Made by a program: the position numbers and the translations under genes
Source of the DNA: Amoebophrya sp. A120
Taxonomy: Eukaryota; Protista; Dinoflagellata
DNA length: 64,000 nt
Direction of reading: 5' to 3'
Assembly: GCA_905178155.1 (NCBI GenBank)
Contig: CAJINV010000002.1
Location: forward strand, 3,300,515 to 3,364,514
Shown here: positions 38,717 through 50,472 of the stretch, piece by piece
How the letters are laid out: every line of letters begins with the position of its first letter
Position numbering within the stretch: position 1 is the first letter of the stretch
The notes under the pieces: model-generated
What the model was told of the DNA's origin: nothing
Databases searched by the model: none
The model's input: the letters and a program-made list of their open reading frames with translations, nothing else

Positions 38717-41700
38717 ATGATCATGGAGCTCTTCTACTCGTCGGGTTGCACTGGTAGTGCCAGCTGCACTACGTCTTCTAAAATGAGGCGGACTCTGTCC
38801 AATGGTCCTAGTTATTACCGCGCCGCGGCGGTTTTCTTGGCGACATACTTGAATTTTCACCGAGAAGAACACACCACGATGAACTACATTTCCTCGTCTG
38901 AAACTTTCGCGAAAATATACAGCAGCTTTGCGGCTGCCCTCTCCTTCTCGGCCGAGAAGATGAAAACCAAAACCAAAACCACGGCTCGCTCTGAAAAACG
39001 GAATAAGGCTGCCCTGGAGCAGCTGGTGCGCCGTCGGAGCCGCGAAGGGAAAAGTAGTGACAAGGGCGATGAACTACAAAAGGAAAGTCGTAGTAGCAGT
39101 GCTGGTACAACAGGTACTTCATCTACTGGTTTGAAAAATATACCTTCAACTACCCGCCCTGCGGCCACAACGTCCTCGCCTCCGAAAAAAGCCTCCATCA
39201 GCAGCAGCTTTTCTTCTTCTTTAATAACCGAGAAGAATTTGCTGGAAAGTGATGCCGGTAATTTGCCGGAACGAGAAGACGGCGACTCCTTCTCCTCGCA
39301 GTTTCTCGAACAGAAAAAGAAGAAGATCTTCACGGCGCAGCAAATATTAACCGAGAAGTCGAAGCTGCAAGAAACCCAAGCGACCACGTCCAGCAGCGCG
39401 CTTATGAAAGCCTCAGAATGGAAATTCTCAATTTGTGATGCATGAAATGCAACACCAAAAATACTGTATCGCAGAGAACGCAATGGAGGCCGACTATTGT
39501 CATTGTGCTTCTACGGGTTCAGAATTGGACTGCTGATTAGCACGAGAGAAGGGCGCCCCTTCGCCTAACTAGCATGACAGACACGTTTTGAGTGCCCGGG
39601 AAATTTGTCATGCGCCGACTAGAAATGGTGCTTCAGTTGGAGTCGTTTTTTTGCATTGCAAATTATTTTCACTTTGAGGATTTCCAACCTGCGGCTTTCA
39701 TAGCGCCCAATCAAGAATACGAGGTCATCGGGAACGGGTTCTGCGCACATACCGAGGTCTACCCGACGGGGTTCCGGGGACAAACCTACCTTGGCCAGCA
39801 ACGGGACGGCGATGCGGGGAGAAACCTCTGCGACAGTCGGCCAAACTGTCCCGCGTTCCATATGGCGTTCTAAACTGTTACATTCTCAACTGTCACATGA
39901 TTTGTCTTGCACAATTCCCATAAGTCGCCAGAAGATTAAGGTGCTTCACATGACAAATTATCGAAGGGCCAAACAGCATCTAACTCTGTTGCGAGTTTGT
40001 GATGCGAAACTCGCAAGCTTGCCCCTTTCCATTATATTGCTGTTCTCGCATCACAAATTCAATGTAAACAGTTGAGAACGTAACGTTTGAGAACCCCATA
40101 TTCCAGCGCTCGCAAGGGGTTTGTTCCGACGGGAGCGGTGACACTTGCTATAACTTTTTGGTGAGCGCCAACGACGGAGAATCCTACACGCCCGTGGTCC
40201 CTAACGCGGTGTACCGTCCGATAGGAGGTGGTATCCAGGAAAAAACAACCATCCCCATGCATTCTTCGCATGACACACACTGGACTTTATGCAGGTTTTG
40301 CATGACAAATTGAATTGGGATGGGTGTTTTTTCCTTGATAGGTGCTCCTTATTATGCCGGTGTGGAGTTGAACGCTGAGTTGGAAGTCGCAGGCCAGATC
40401 TATGGCGTTCTCACCTGTTACATTCTCAGCTGTTACATGATTTGTCATGCCAATTTACCACCAAGATCGCCACGATTAAGCTGCTTCGCATCACAAATCT
40501 CCGAAGGGCTAAATAGCATCTAAACCTGTGCCAAATCTGTAATGCAAAAGGCGCAACTTTTCCCCCTTTCACTTTTGCCGTTCTTGCATTACAAACAAGG
40601 TCCGAGCACGGGGGCTGGGGCCCCCGTGCGGAGACCTTGCATCTTTGGAGGGTATTGGGCGGCCGGGGCAGTTTCCGAGGCCGGGCGGGCTTGCTCCTCA
40701 TTTGAGCGCAGCCGCAACGGGGGCGCGCGTCGCGAAGTATACGAATGGCCACTGCTGCGCCACCCCCAGCGGCCTACCACATAGGGCGCCCAAGGGGTGG
40801 CGCGTTCGCTTGCATGCACATGCAGTACTTCGGCATCGGCCGGACCCCTGCAAGCTGATGGCAGGCGTTTGGAAGTCGGCGCCGGACCAATGGGCGCCGC
40901 TGCCTGGCGGCCTTACTTGTGGAGGGAGCGAAGCTGCTCGCGGCCTAACAAACTTCTAAAAGCCGGCGGCACGCCTGCGGAAGGAAGCTGCCCCAAGCCT
41001 TGCGGAAGTCACCGCCCGGCTTTTGGTCCATGGGCCTGGACCTTACTTACTTAGGAAGCCCGCACCGGTCGGAAAGGAAGCGAAACGCTCTACCACGAGA
41101 AACAGCCCGGCCAGGCTGGGCCGCTTTGCTTGTTTCCGGATGGTTAGTTTGCGAAAAGTGTCCGCGCGGCGCAGCTTTCTCGGCGCTTTTTCACCACGAG
41201 CAATATCCCGGCAAGCCTGGGCCTTTTCGTGTGTTGCTGGTTTGCGAAAGTGGTCGCGCGTGCGACGCAGCTTTCTCGGCCTTTCCCTGCCACAAGAAAC
41301 AACCCGACCAGACTGGACCCCTTTGCGTGTTGCGTGCGTGCCGGCTTGCGAAGAGGTTGCGTTGCCGAGTGCCGCGCGGCGCAGCTCCCTCGGCACTTTT
41401 TTACCACGGGAAACCGCCCGGCCGGACTGGCCCTCTTTGCGTGTTTCTGGTTTGCGAAAGTGGTCGCGCGGCGCAGCTTCCTCGGCATTTTCCTAGCACG
41501 AGAAACAACCCGGCCAGCCTGGGCCTGTTTGCGTGATGTATGTTGTCGGTTTGCGGAAAATGCTCGCGCGACGCAGCTCATCCGGCACTTTTTTTCCACG
41601 GGAAACAGCCCGGCCGGCCTGGGCCTTTTTGTTTGTTTCTGGTTTGCGAAAAATGTCCGCGCGACGCAGCACCCTTGGCAAGTTTTTACCCCGGGAGACA

Positions 41701-44700
41701 GCCTCGCCAGGCTGGACCTTTTTGCGCGTTGTCGATTATCAAGTGCCCGCGCGCGGCGGTCTGTCCGGCACTTTCTTACCACGGGAGACAGCCGCACCAG
41801 ACTGGGCCTTTTTGCGTGGTGTCGGTTTGCGAAAAGTGCCCGCGCGACGCGGTTGGTCCGGCACTTTTTTACCACGGGAAAGGAAACAGCCTCGCCAGAC
41901 TGGGCCTCTTTGCGTGTTGTCAGTCGGTTTGCGAAAAGTGCCCGCGCGACGCAGTTTGCCCGGCACTTTTTTACCACGGGAAACAGCCTCGCCAGACTGG
42001 GCCTTTTTGCGTGTTGTCACTCAGTCGGTTTGCGAAAAGTGCCCGCGCGGCGCAGTTTGCCCGGCACTTTTTTACCACGGGAGACAGCCTCGCCAGACTG
42101 GGCCTTTTTGCGTGTTGTCAGTCGGTTTGCGAAAAGTGCCCGCGCGACGCAGTTTGCCCGGCACTTTTTTACCACGGGGCACAGCCTCGCCAGACTGGGC
42201 CTTTTTATTTGCGTGCTGTCAGTCGGTTTGCGAAAAGTGCCCGCGCGACGCAGTTTGCCCGGCACTTTTTTACCACGGGAAACAGCCTCGCCAGGCTGGG
42301 CCTTTTTATTTGCGTGCTGTCAGTCGGTTTGCGAAAAGTGCCCGCGCGCCGCAGTTTGCCCGGCACTTTTTTACCACGGGAAACAGCCTCGCCAGGCTGG
42401 GCCTTTTTATTTGCGTGCTGTCAGTCGGTTTGCGAAAAGTGCCCGCGCGCCGCAGTTTGCCCGGCACTTTTTTACCACGGGAAACAGCCTCGCCAGACTG
42501 GGCCTTTTTGCGTGTTGTCGGTTTGCGAAAAGTGCCCGCGCGACGCAGTTTGCCCGGCACTTTTTTACCACGGGAAACAGCCTCGCCAGACTGGGCCTTT
42601 TTGCGTGTTGTCGGTTTGCGAAAAGTGCCCGCGCGACGCAGTTTGCCCGGCACTTTTTTACCACGGGAAACAGCCTCGCCAGACTGGGCCTTTTTGCGTG
42701 TTGTCGGTTTGCGAAAAGTGCCCGCGCGACGCAGTTTGCCCGGCACTTTTTTACCACGGGAAACAGCCTCGCCAGACTGGGCCTTTTTGCGTGTTGTCGG
42801 TTTGCGAAAAGTGCCCGCGCGACGCAGTTTGCCCGGCACTTTTTTACCACGGGAAACAGCCTCGCCAGACTGGGCCTTTTTGCGTGTTGTCGGTTTGCGA
42901 AAAGTGCCCGCGCGACGCAGTTTGCCCGGCACTTTTTTACCACGGGAAACAGCCTCGCCAGACTGGGCCTTTTTGCGTGTTGTCGGTTTGCGAAAAGTGC
43001 CCGCGCGACGCAGTTTGCCCGGCACTTTTTTACCACGGGAAACAGCCTCGCCAGACTGGGCCTTTTTGCGTGTTGTCGGTTTGCGAAAAGTGCCCGCGCG
43101 CCGCAGTTTGCCCGGCACTTTTTTACCACGAGAAACAGCCTCGCCAGACTGGGCCTGTTTGCGTGTTGTCGGTTTGCGAAAAGTGCCCGCGCGACGCAGT
43201 TTGCCCGGCACTTTTTTACCACGAGAAACAGCCTCGCCAGACTGGGCCTTTTTGCATGTTGTCGGTTTGCGAAAAGTGCCCGCGCGGCGCAGTTTGCCCG
43301 GCACTTTTTTACCACGGGAAACAGCCTCGCCAGACTGGGCCTGTGTTTTTGCGTGTTAGTTGTCGGCTTGCGAAAAGTGCCCGCGCGACGCAGCGCGCCC
43401 GGTACTTTTTTACCACGGGAAACAGCCGCGCCAGCCTGGGCCTTTGTTTTTGCGTGTTGTCGGTTTGCGAAAAGTGCCCGCGAGACGCAGCGTGCCCGGC
43501 ACTTTTTTACCACGGGAAACAGCCTCGCCAGACTGGGCCGGTTTGCGTGTTGTCGCTCGGTTTGCGAAAAGTGCCCGCGCGACGCAGTTTGCCCGCCACT
43601 TTTTTACGACGGGAAACAGCCTCGCCAGACTGGGCCGGCTTGCGTGTTGTCGCTCGGTTTGCGAAAAGTGCCCGCGCGACGCAGTTTGCCCGCCACTTTT
43701 TTACGACGGGAAACAGCCGCGCCAGACTGGGCCTGTTTGCGTGTTGTCGCTCGGTTTGCGAACAGTGCCCGCGCGACGCAGTTTGCCCGGCACTTTTTTA
43801 CCACGAGAAACAGCCTCGCCGGACTGGACCCCTTTGCGTGTTGTCGGTTTTCGAAAAGTGCCCGCGCGACGCAGTTTGCCCGACACTTTTTTACCACGAG
43901 AAACAGCCTCGCCAGACGGGGCCTCTTTGCGTGTTGTCGGTTTGCGAAAAGTGCCCGCGCGACGCAGTTTGCCCGGCACTTTTTTACCACGAGAAACAGC
44001 CTCGCCAGACTTGGCCTCTTTGCGTGTTGTCGGTTTGCGAAAAGTGCCCGCGCGACGCAGTTTGCCCGGCACTTTTTTACCACGAGAAACAGCCTCGCCA
44101 GACTGGGCCTCTTTGCGTGTTGTCGGTTTGCGAAGAAAAGTGCCCGCGCGACGCATTTCGCGCGGCACTTTTTTACCACGGGAAACAGCCTCGCCAGACT
44201 GGGCCTTTTTGCGTGTTGTCGGTTTGCGAAAAGTGCCCGCGCGACGCAGTTGCTTGCCCGGCACTTTTTTACCACGAGAAACAGCCTCGGCAGCCTGGGC
44301 CTTTTTGCGTGTTGTCGGTTTGCGAAAAGTGCCCGCGCGACGCAGTTTGCCCGGCACTTTTTTACCACGAGAAACAGCCTCGCCAGCCTGGGCCTTTTTG
44401 CGTGTTGTCAGTCGGTTTGCGGAAAGTGCCTGCGCGACGCAGTTTGCCCGGCACTTTTTTACCACGGGAAACAGCCTCGCCAGCCTGGGCCTTTTTGCGT
44501 GTTGTCGGTTTGCGAAAAGTGCCCGCTCGACGCAGTTTGCCCGGCACTTTTTTACCACGAGAAACAGCCTCGCCAGACTGGGCCTTTTTGCGTGTTGTCG
44601 GTTTGCGGAAAGTGCCCGCGCGACGCAGTTTGCCCGGCACTTTTTTACCACGAGAAACAGCCTCGCCAGCCTGGGCCTTTTTGCGTGTTGTCGGTTTGCG

Positions 44701-47700
44701 AGAAGTGGACTGCCCGGCACTTTTTTACCACGGGGAACAGCCTCGCCAGGCTGGACCCCTTTGCGTGTTTCTGGTTTGCGAAAGTGGTCGCGCGCCGGAG
44801 CTTTCTCGGCATTCTTCTACCACAGGAAGCAACCCGGCAGGCCTGTGCCTCTCCAGTGCGTTCCTCTGTTTTGCGAAATGCGCCCGCCCGGCGCAGTTTT
44901 TTCGGCACTTTTTTACCACGAAAAACCGCCCGGGCAGTCTGGGCCGCTCAACGGTTCGGCGCGCGTCTTCGTTTGCGGCGGCCCCGGCTTCGGCAGCTGA
45001 TGCCCACTTTATCGGCTTTGCATTTGGTGATCAGCTTCGATATGTGTGGGTCTGGAAGCGTCCAGCTTCAATTTGTAATGGATCATGCAAAATATGCATG
45101 ACAAACTTGGGCTCATGCAAAATATGCATGACAAAGCGGATCATGCAAAATATGCATGACAAAGTGGATCATGAAAGATATGCGTGACAAAGTAGCCTGC
45201 ATTGTAGTGGATCATGCAAAATATGCATGACAGACTTGGGCTCTTCCAGACACAGACATATCGGCAAAGGATATCGCAGGGGCTGGAGTCGGGTAGAGTC
45301 GGGTGGAGTCGTTTCGGCTTCCCCGAGCTATTTACCCGACTTTACCCGACTCAAAACCTACCCTGGACCCGACTTTTACCCGACTCTTCACCCGACTCCA
45401 CAGCTCGCGTTTGTTTTTTTCCCCGACCTGTATCGGTCGGTTGGGGAGTCGGGTTGAGTCGGTTCCTGGGTCGGTTCCTGGGTAGGCTGTACCCCCCTCC
45501 CTCTTAAATCCACTGTCCCCTCGTGTTACCTACCCCGAAACCTACCCTGGAACCTACCCTGGATCCGGGGTAGAAAACTCAGATTTGGGCAGTTGCTGCA
45601 GTTTCAATAGTAATTCATGTAACAGTTGAGAATGTAACATTTGAGAACGCCATAAGATCACCCTGGTGAATCCGTGCGTGAATCCGGCGACAGATCATTC
45701 TGACTGTACTCCCGGATCTGTTTACATAGCTCATCGTGATGATTATCCCGAATATGCGGCGAACACCATATCAACTGTAAAAATGTCTGGGTCTGGAAGA
45801 TTCTGACACTTGTCACGCACGTTTTGCATGAGCCATGATGTATGTGATGCATACCCTAGCAATACAGATTTNTGTAAAAATGTCTGGGTCTGGAAGATTC
45901 TGACACTTGTCACGCACGTTTTGCATGAGCCATGATGTATGTGATGCATACCCTAGCAATACAGATTTTTTGAGGGCTTCTTAATGCGTATTCCGCACGA
46001 CAAAGGCCTTCTCAGCGTAGCAAAAATTGCATTTCCTTTGGTACTCATGCAATACAGATTTTTTTGGAATCCAAATACAGCATCACAAGTTGCGTTCTTC
46101 CAGACCCAGACATTTTTGCATTTCATACACCAAGTGCAAGTGCAAGTACTAGTAGTACTGACCGCATTATAAATTTGCTAAGCATGCCAAAAGGAATTTC
46201 TCATGCTGATTTGCCTTGAGAAAGTGAAAGAGATTTGTGATGCATAATTGCGATTACTACGAGTGCGATACTTTTGCACAGGATACATGTGAAGAAAACG
46301 GGCTTCACTCCGATCGGACACTGCACGGGCGCGCACCTCAGGGCGCACAGCAAGCGGTGTTCAGGGAGCGATCATACGGCTCTTCAAGTGCTCCCCGTAT
46401 GGATTGCAAATATCCCTGGATGTCTAGAAGATTGCAACTTGTCATGCTAATAAATCCGAATCATGCAAAAATCTGTCTTGCATGAGTGCCAAAAGCTGGC
46501 CACTGTCAACCAAGTTGGGAGGGAGTTTCTCATGCAGGATAGGCATAGGCATGACAAAGACAAAGACCTCACAGACTCTGTCATGCTTGGTCCCGCATTC
46601 CAGACCTCATGGGTCATGGAAAACATGGATGACAAGTCTACACTCTTCCAGACTACCTAGACATACTTGCAGTTCATATTTCGGACTGGGTTACGATCGC
46701 TGCCGCGCGCGTTGCAGCATGAGAAACGGCGAGTGCACGCACTTTGCGCTGGAACAGCCGGCGGGCGGCGACGTCGTGTGCACCCTGTTTGATAGCGCTA
46801 TCCTGTGCAAAAGTATCGCGCTCGTTGTATTGCGATCATGCATTACAAATCTTTTTCTTAAGGTAAATTCGCATTACAAGAAATTTTATTTCTCATGCTG
46901 AGGAAATTTGTAATGCATTTACTTATACGAATACGATACTTTTGCAGTTCATAAGCGCGACCTGTGCAGAAATGGATCTGGACCACGACTTTACCTGTGA
47001 CATGAGCGCGACGGAAACCGGGCTGAACGGGGAGAAAATTCCCCCGAACGCGGGGAGTGATATCCTGTGCAAAAGTATCGTACTCGTACTAATTGCAATC
47101 ATGCATGACAAATCTTGTTTCTTAACGAAATCAGCATTACAAATTTCGTTTTTCCTTCTGGGAAAATTTGTATTGCGATTTATACTAGTACGATACTTTT
47201 GCACAGGATAAGTGACCTGCCGCACCAAGCAAACTGTAGGCTGATCTACAAATGTATGGAACTGTCAGGATCGAAATCGTCAAAGTTGAAATGATTTGTC
47301 ATGCATAAAATGAATGCCAGTCGGAACCCAGTTGTCATGTGGCGCATGACAAATCTTGGCGGTGCCTAATTCCAGTTTGTAATGCTGCTTGGGCAAGGAA
47401 GAGGCCTTTTGTCATGCTACTTTAGCAACTCTATTTCTACCCCTCAACAGGCTTACAATCTGCCTCCCTTGCATACTCTGCAGTAGAGGCAACTTTTGTG
47501 TTGCATTTTATGCATTACAACTTTGACGATTTCAATCCTGACGCTTCCATAAAATGTGGCTCTCCCTCTGGCGAGTCCGCCTACGAACACCGCGGCGCAA
47601 GAGGGTGCTCTATGCATTGCAAAAGCATCGTACTCGTAGAAATACATGACAAATTGTCCCCGCAGCATGAGAAATCAAATTTGTCATGCGGATTTACCTT

Positions 47701-49979
47701 GAGAAAAAAATTTGTAATGCATGATTGCAATTACTACGAGTGCGATGCTTATGCTTTTTCGCTGGATATTTTCCTCTGCTGCTTTTCCACAGTGTGACGG
47801 TGCGGTCTGCGATGAAGGTGAGTTCTCCACGTCCCTCTCTTGGCTATGCATTGCAAATATGGCTGGGTCTGGAAGGATGTAACTTGTCATGCCAAATCTG
47901 AATCATGCAAAAAATCTGCGTTGCATGAGCACCAACAGCCGTCCTATTTTACCAAGTTGCGAGGGAAGGTCTCATGCAGGATAGGCATGATGGAAATCTC
48001 GCAGAATTTGCTATGCTAGGCGCGGCTGCATTCCAGACACCATGGGTCATGGAAAACCTGCATGACAAAGCTGGCATCCTTCCAGACCCGTACATATTTT
48101 CATTTCATATTGGCAGCAGGTGTTCGACGCCGGCGTACTGCGGGAACCACCTATGGATGGGTCAGGTGCGAAATCGACAAAGTTCAAATGATTTGTCATG
48201 CATATAAATGCGACACAAAGACTGACTCCATTGCAGAAGACGCAAGAAGGGACGCAGCTTGTAGTGCTGGTAAGGGTCAAGAATTGGGTTCTTGCTGAGT
48301 AGCATGACAGGGGGGCACCCTCTTGCCCTAAACAGCATGACAGACTTGCTTCAGAGTGGCCAGGAAAATTTGTCATGTGCCGATTGGAAGAACCTGTGGA
48401 TCCAAGCAACTGGGGTATAGATTTTATGCATTACAAATTCTATATTTTTTCAACTTTGTCTGTCAATTTCGATCCTGGTAGATCCATACCACCCGTATAC
48501 GGCGCAATTAGTTCGTGCACGGAAGTGGGGTGCGAGCGGATGTGCGACGTCCGCAACGACTGTCAGGCCTACATGCAGCACACAGCAAATACCTGCGGCT
48601 GTCTGCTGATCTTCACCACGCCAGATAGAAAATCCCAAATTCAGGGCATGCTGGACATCACGATATAACCCGCTCAGTTGTTACAATCTCAAACGTTACA
48701 ATAGAGTATGGAAATCTGTGATGCAAAAGGTGCATGACCTAGCCTACTCCCACAGCATTGTGCATGACAAGTTCTGGGGTCCCAAACCGCACTGGAATCT
48801 GGCGAGATTTGAATTGCAGAAAGTGGAACGCTGTGCGGGTCTGTCATGCTCATCATGCAATACAAAATCCAGACTGTATTGTAGCGTTTGAGATTGTAAC
48901 GTTTGAGCGTGTCATACACGACCTGGGTCTCTTCTAAATGCCGGGTCAAGCCCGCGAATACTGAGGTAATCACGACTATGGAAGCGTCAGGATCGAAATC
49001 AACAAAATCGAAATAATTTGTGACGCATAAAATGCATGACGCGACGTGCGTGTGTTGCAGAGCAGGCAAGTGAGGCCGATAGTGAGCCTGTTTGGGGTTA
49101 GAGCTCGAGCTGCTAAAGTAGCATCCGAAAATCAGTCCTCTTTGCCTAAACAGCATGATAAACTGGATTTAGGGACAGCCAAAATCTGTCATGCGCCACT
49201 TGAAAACTGGGTTCCAACTGGCATCCATTTTATGCATGACAAATTTTTCGATTTTGTCGATTTCGATCCTGACAGTTCCATAACGACCACGCCAGCCCCC
49301 GTGCGGATTTGCGAGTGCGCCCATGGCGTGGTCAGTCAAGAGGATTGTTTATCAAATGTAAAAATGTCTGGGTCTGGAAACTTGTGATGCTGTGTGGCGT
49401 ATCATGAGGAGGCGACAATTGCTGGCTCAGCATGACAAATTTCTGAGCTTCTAGGTGTTGCCTATTCTGCACGACAAACTACGTTTCTGCATGACAGAAA
49501 AGTGGGGCTCTTTGGTAATGTGCACGACAGATTTAAGAGTCATGCCAAACAAGCATGAAAAACTTGTAAAAAAAAAAAAAACAAGCATGACAAACTTGCA
49601 TTCTTCCAGACCCAGACATTTTTACATTTGATATTGTGCCGAGCACGGAAGGCAGAGCTGCGCCTCGTGTGACGCCGGCTACAAGCTTCGAAGCCATTAC
49701 ATGGAAACGTCTTGCTGGCCGACCTGCGGCCCAGTTGACTCCTGCGCGGGACTGGAGACGGGTTCGGGGGCGAACAAGGTCTACTACATCAGGACCGGCT
49801 ATACACACGACTACTGTGACGTTACACCTACACAGGCCTTCGCGGAGGCGTACCCAGAAAACGGCTGCCGACAGAGCTGCTGCACGCAGGGCTGTAAGGT
49901 CCCCACGGCGACGATTCGCGGGAAGCTGGATCTGGGAGACGTATGGAAGCGTCAGGATCGAAATTATCCACAAAATTAA
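38717..49979 (+). CDS. Cys-rich PAN/Apple-like secreted protein, paralog 1, 3'-truncated relative to paralog 2; ~16 introner introns
   Basis: N-terminus homologous to the 50746 gene (YRAAAVFL, ALSFSAEKMKTK). Frame continuous after removing the elements (the ~46134-46285 intron needs a GT-AG solution). Ends in a truncated D element, stop at 49977-49979. Confidence 0.7.
39403..39702. mobile_element. Introner family D, inverted copy of 15005
   Basis: TIRs, TSD GCGCT/GCGCC. Confidence 0.9.
39861..40100. mobile_element. Introner family F
   Basis: TATGGCGTTCT...CATTCTCAACTGT / ACAGTTGAGAACG...AGAACCCCATA, TSD TTCCA. Confidence 0.9.
40232..40340. mobile_element. Minimal 109-bp introner (family H)
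   Basis: TATCCAGGAAAAAACAACCATCCC...GGGATGGGTGTTTTTTCCTTGATA, TSD GGTGG/GGTGC. Confidence 0.88.
41091..44945. repeat. 93-bp tandem satellite, ~41 copies
   Basis: Unit GAAACAGCCTCGCCAGACTGGGCCTTTTTGCGTGTTGTCGGTTTGCGAAAAGTGCCCGCGCGACGCAGTTTGCCCGGCACTTTTTTACCACGG (period 42481 to 42574); homogeneous centre, degenerate edges. Confidence 0.95.
45029..45273. mobile_element. Degenerate family C-like element nested in the giant F introner
   Basis: ATGTGTGGGTCTGGAAG...CTTCCAGACACAGACAT ends; interior is tandem TCATGCAAAATATGCATGACAAA units; no clear TSD. Confidence 0.6.
45769..46127. mobile_element. Introner family C (contains an N and a likely assembly duplication)
   Basis: TIRs, TSD CACCA. Confidence 0.85.
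46134..46285. mobile_element. Family A introner lacking its left TIR
   Basis: Intact right end GATACTTTTGCACAGGATA and an A-like interior; no left TAT end. Confidence 0.75.
46398..46678. mobile_element. Introner family C
   Basis: TIRs, diverged TSD CCCCG/TTTCG; frame LPGLGYDRC. Confidence 0.85.
46799..46953. mobile_element. Introner family A
   Basis: TSD AGCGC. Confidence 0.9.
47061..47210. mobile_element. Introner family A
   Basis: Perfect TIR TATCCTGTGCAAAAGTATCGTACT, TSD AGTGA. Confidence 0.92.
47255..47551. mobile_element. Introner family D
   Basis: TSD AAATG. Confidence 0.9.
47611..47768. mobile_element. Introner family A
   Basis: Diverged TSD TGCTC/TTTTC. Confidence 0.82.
47845..48109. 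mobile_element. Introner family C
   Basis: TSD TTGGC. Confidence 0.9.
48152..48488. mobile_element. Introner family D
   Basis: TSD CCACC. Confidence 0.9.
48664..48916. mobile_element. Introner, F-related
   Basis: TATAACCCGCTCAG...TTGAGCGTGTCATA, TSD CACGA. Confidence 0.87.
48977..49282. mobile_element. Introner family D
   Basis: TSD ACGAC. Confidence 0.9.
49350..49633. mobile_element. Introner family C
   Basis: TSD TTGTT/TTGTG. Confidence 0.9.
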
Positions 49980-49995
49980 AATGATTTGTCATGCG
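49942..49995. mobile_element. Left end of a truncated family D introner at the duplication junction
   Basis: TATGGAAGCGTCAGGATCGAAAT...TTTGTCATGC, followed by sequence homologous to ~38290 onward. Confidence 0.8.
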
Positions 49996-50472
49996 GAAGG
50001 TGTAATTAAAACGTCTCACCTTGTATCAGAGAACTACATTGGTCATGCGATCATCCTTGTGCTATCGATAATACCGTATCTTCCGTAGACTTAGTCTCGT
50101 AATAAATGCGACGACCAGGCTCTTCGTCTTTCGGCTTCAAGAATACTTAGTCGTGTCAGCTTCTGCCAGCCGGCGGGTCGGAAAAATGATTTCGAGATGA
50201 AATTATGGCGTGTATTATTTCTAACCTCCCCAACCCCTCCGCACGTCCCCCCCCAAGTGCAGGATAAATGACGATGATGATGAGAACGCCCAATACAAAA
50301 AGAATTTCTGCATGGAATGAAGCAGAAGTCAAGTTTTTTTTTTCTCTCCACTACTGGTGCGCTCATCTACTCTACGAGAAATCGAAATCTTCGCTCTGGG
50401 GCCACGAGCAGCAGGGTCTTAGGCTTTATTTCTCGAAGCTTTGAAGAAAATTATATTGGTCTCTATTCAGTT

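Larger units (their letters stand above)
40401..45654. mobile_element. Giant family F introner (5.25 kb) with ~5 kb insertion
   Basis: F left part 40401-~40595 and right end ~45614-45654; perfect TSD AGATC; frame AGQITLVNPC restored. Confidence 0.88.

Noticed and set aside
41091-44945. CRISPR array
   Set aside because: The units are contiguous near-identical 93-mers without unique spacers, there are no cas genes, and the context is eukaryotic.
41229-45187. 1290-aa and 1215-aa ORFs and other ORFs over the satellite as genes
   Set aside because: They result from a stop-free 93-bp repeat that is open in several frames, with frameshifting indels, located inside an intron-like element.
45776-45970. 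Tandem ~97-bp duplication in a C element
   Set aside because: The two copies are separated by an N at 45872, so this is most likely a scaffolding overlap artefact.
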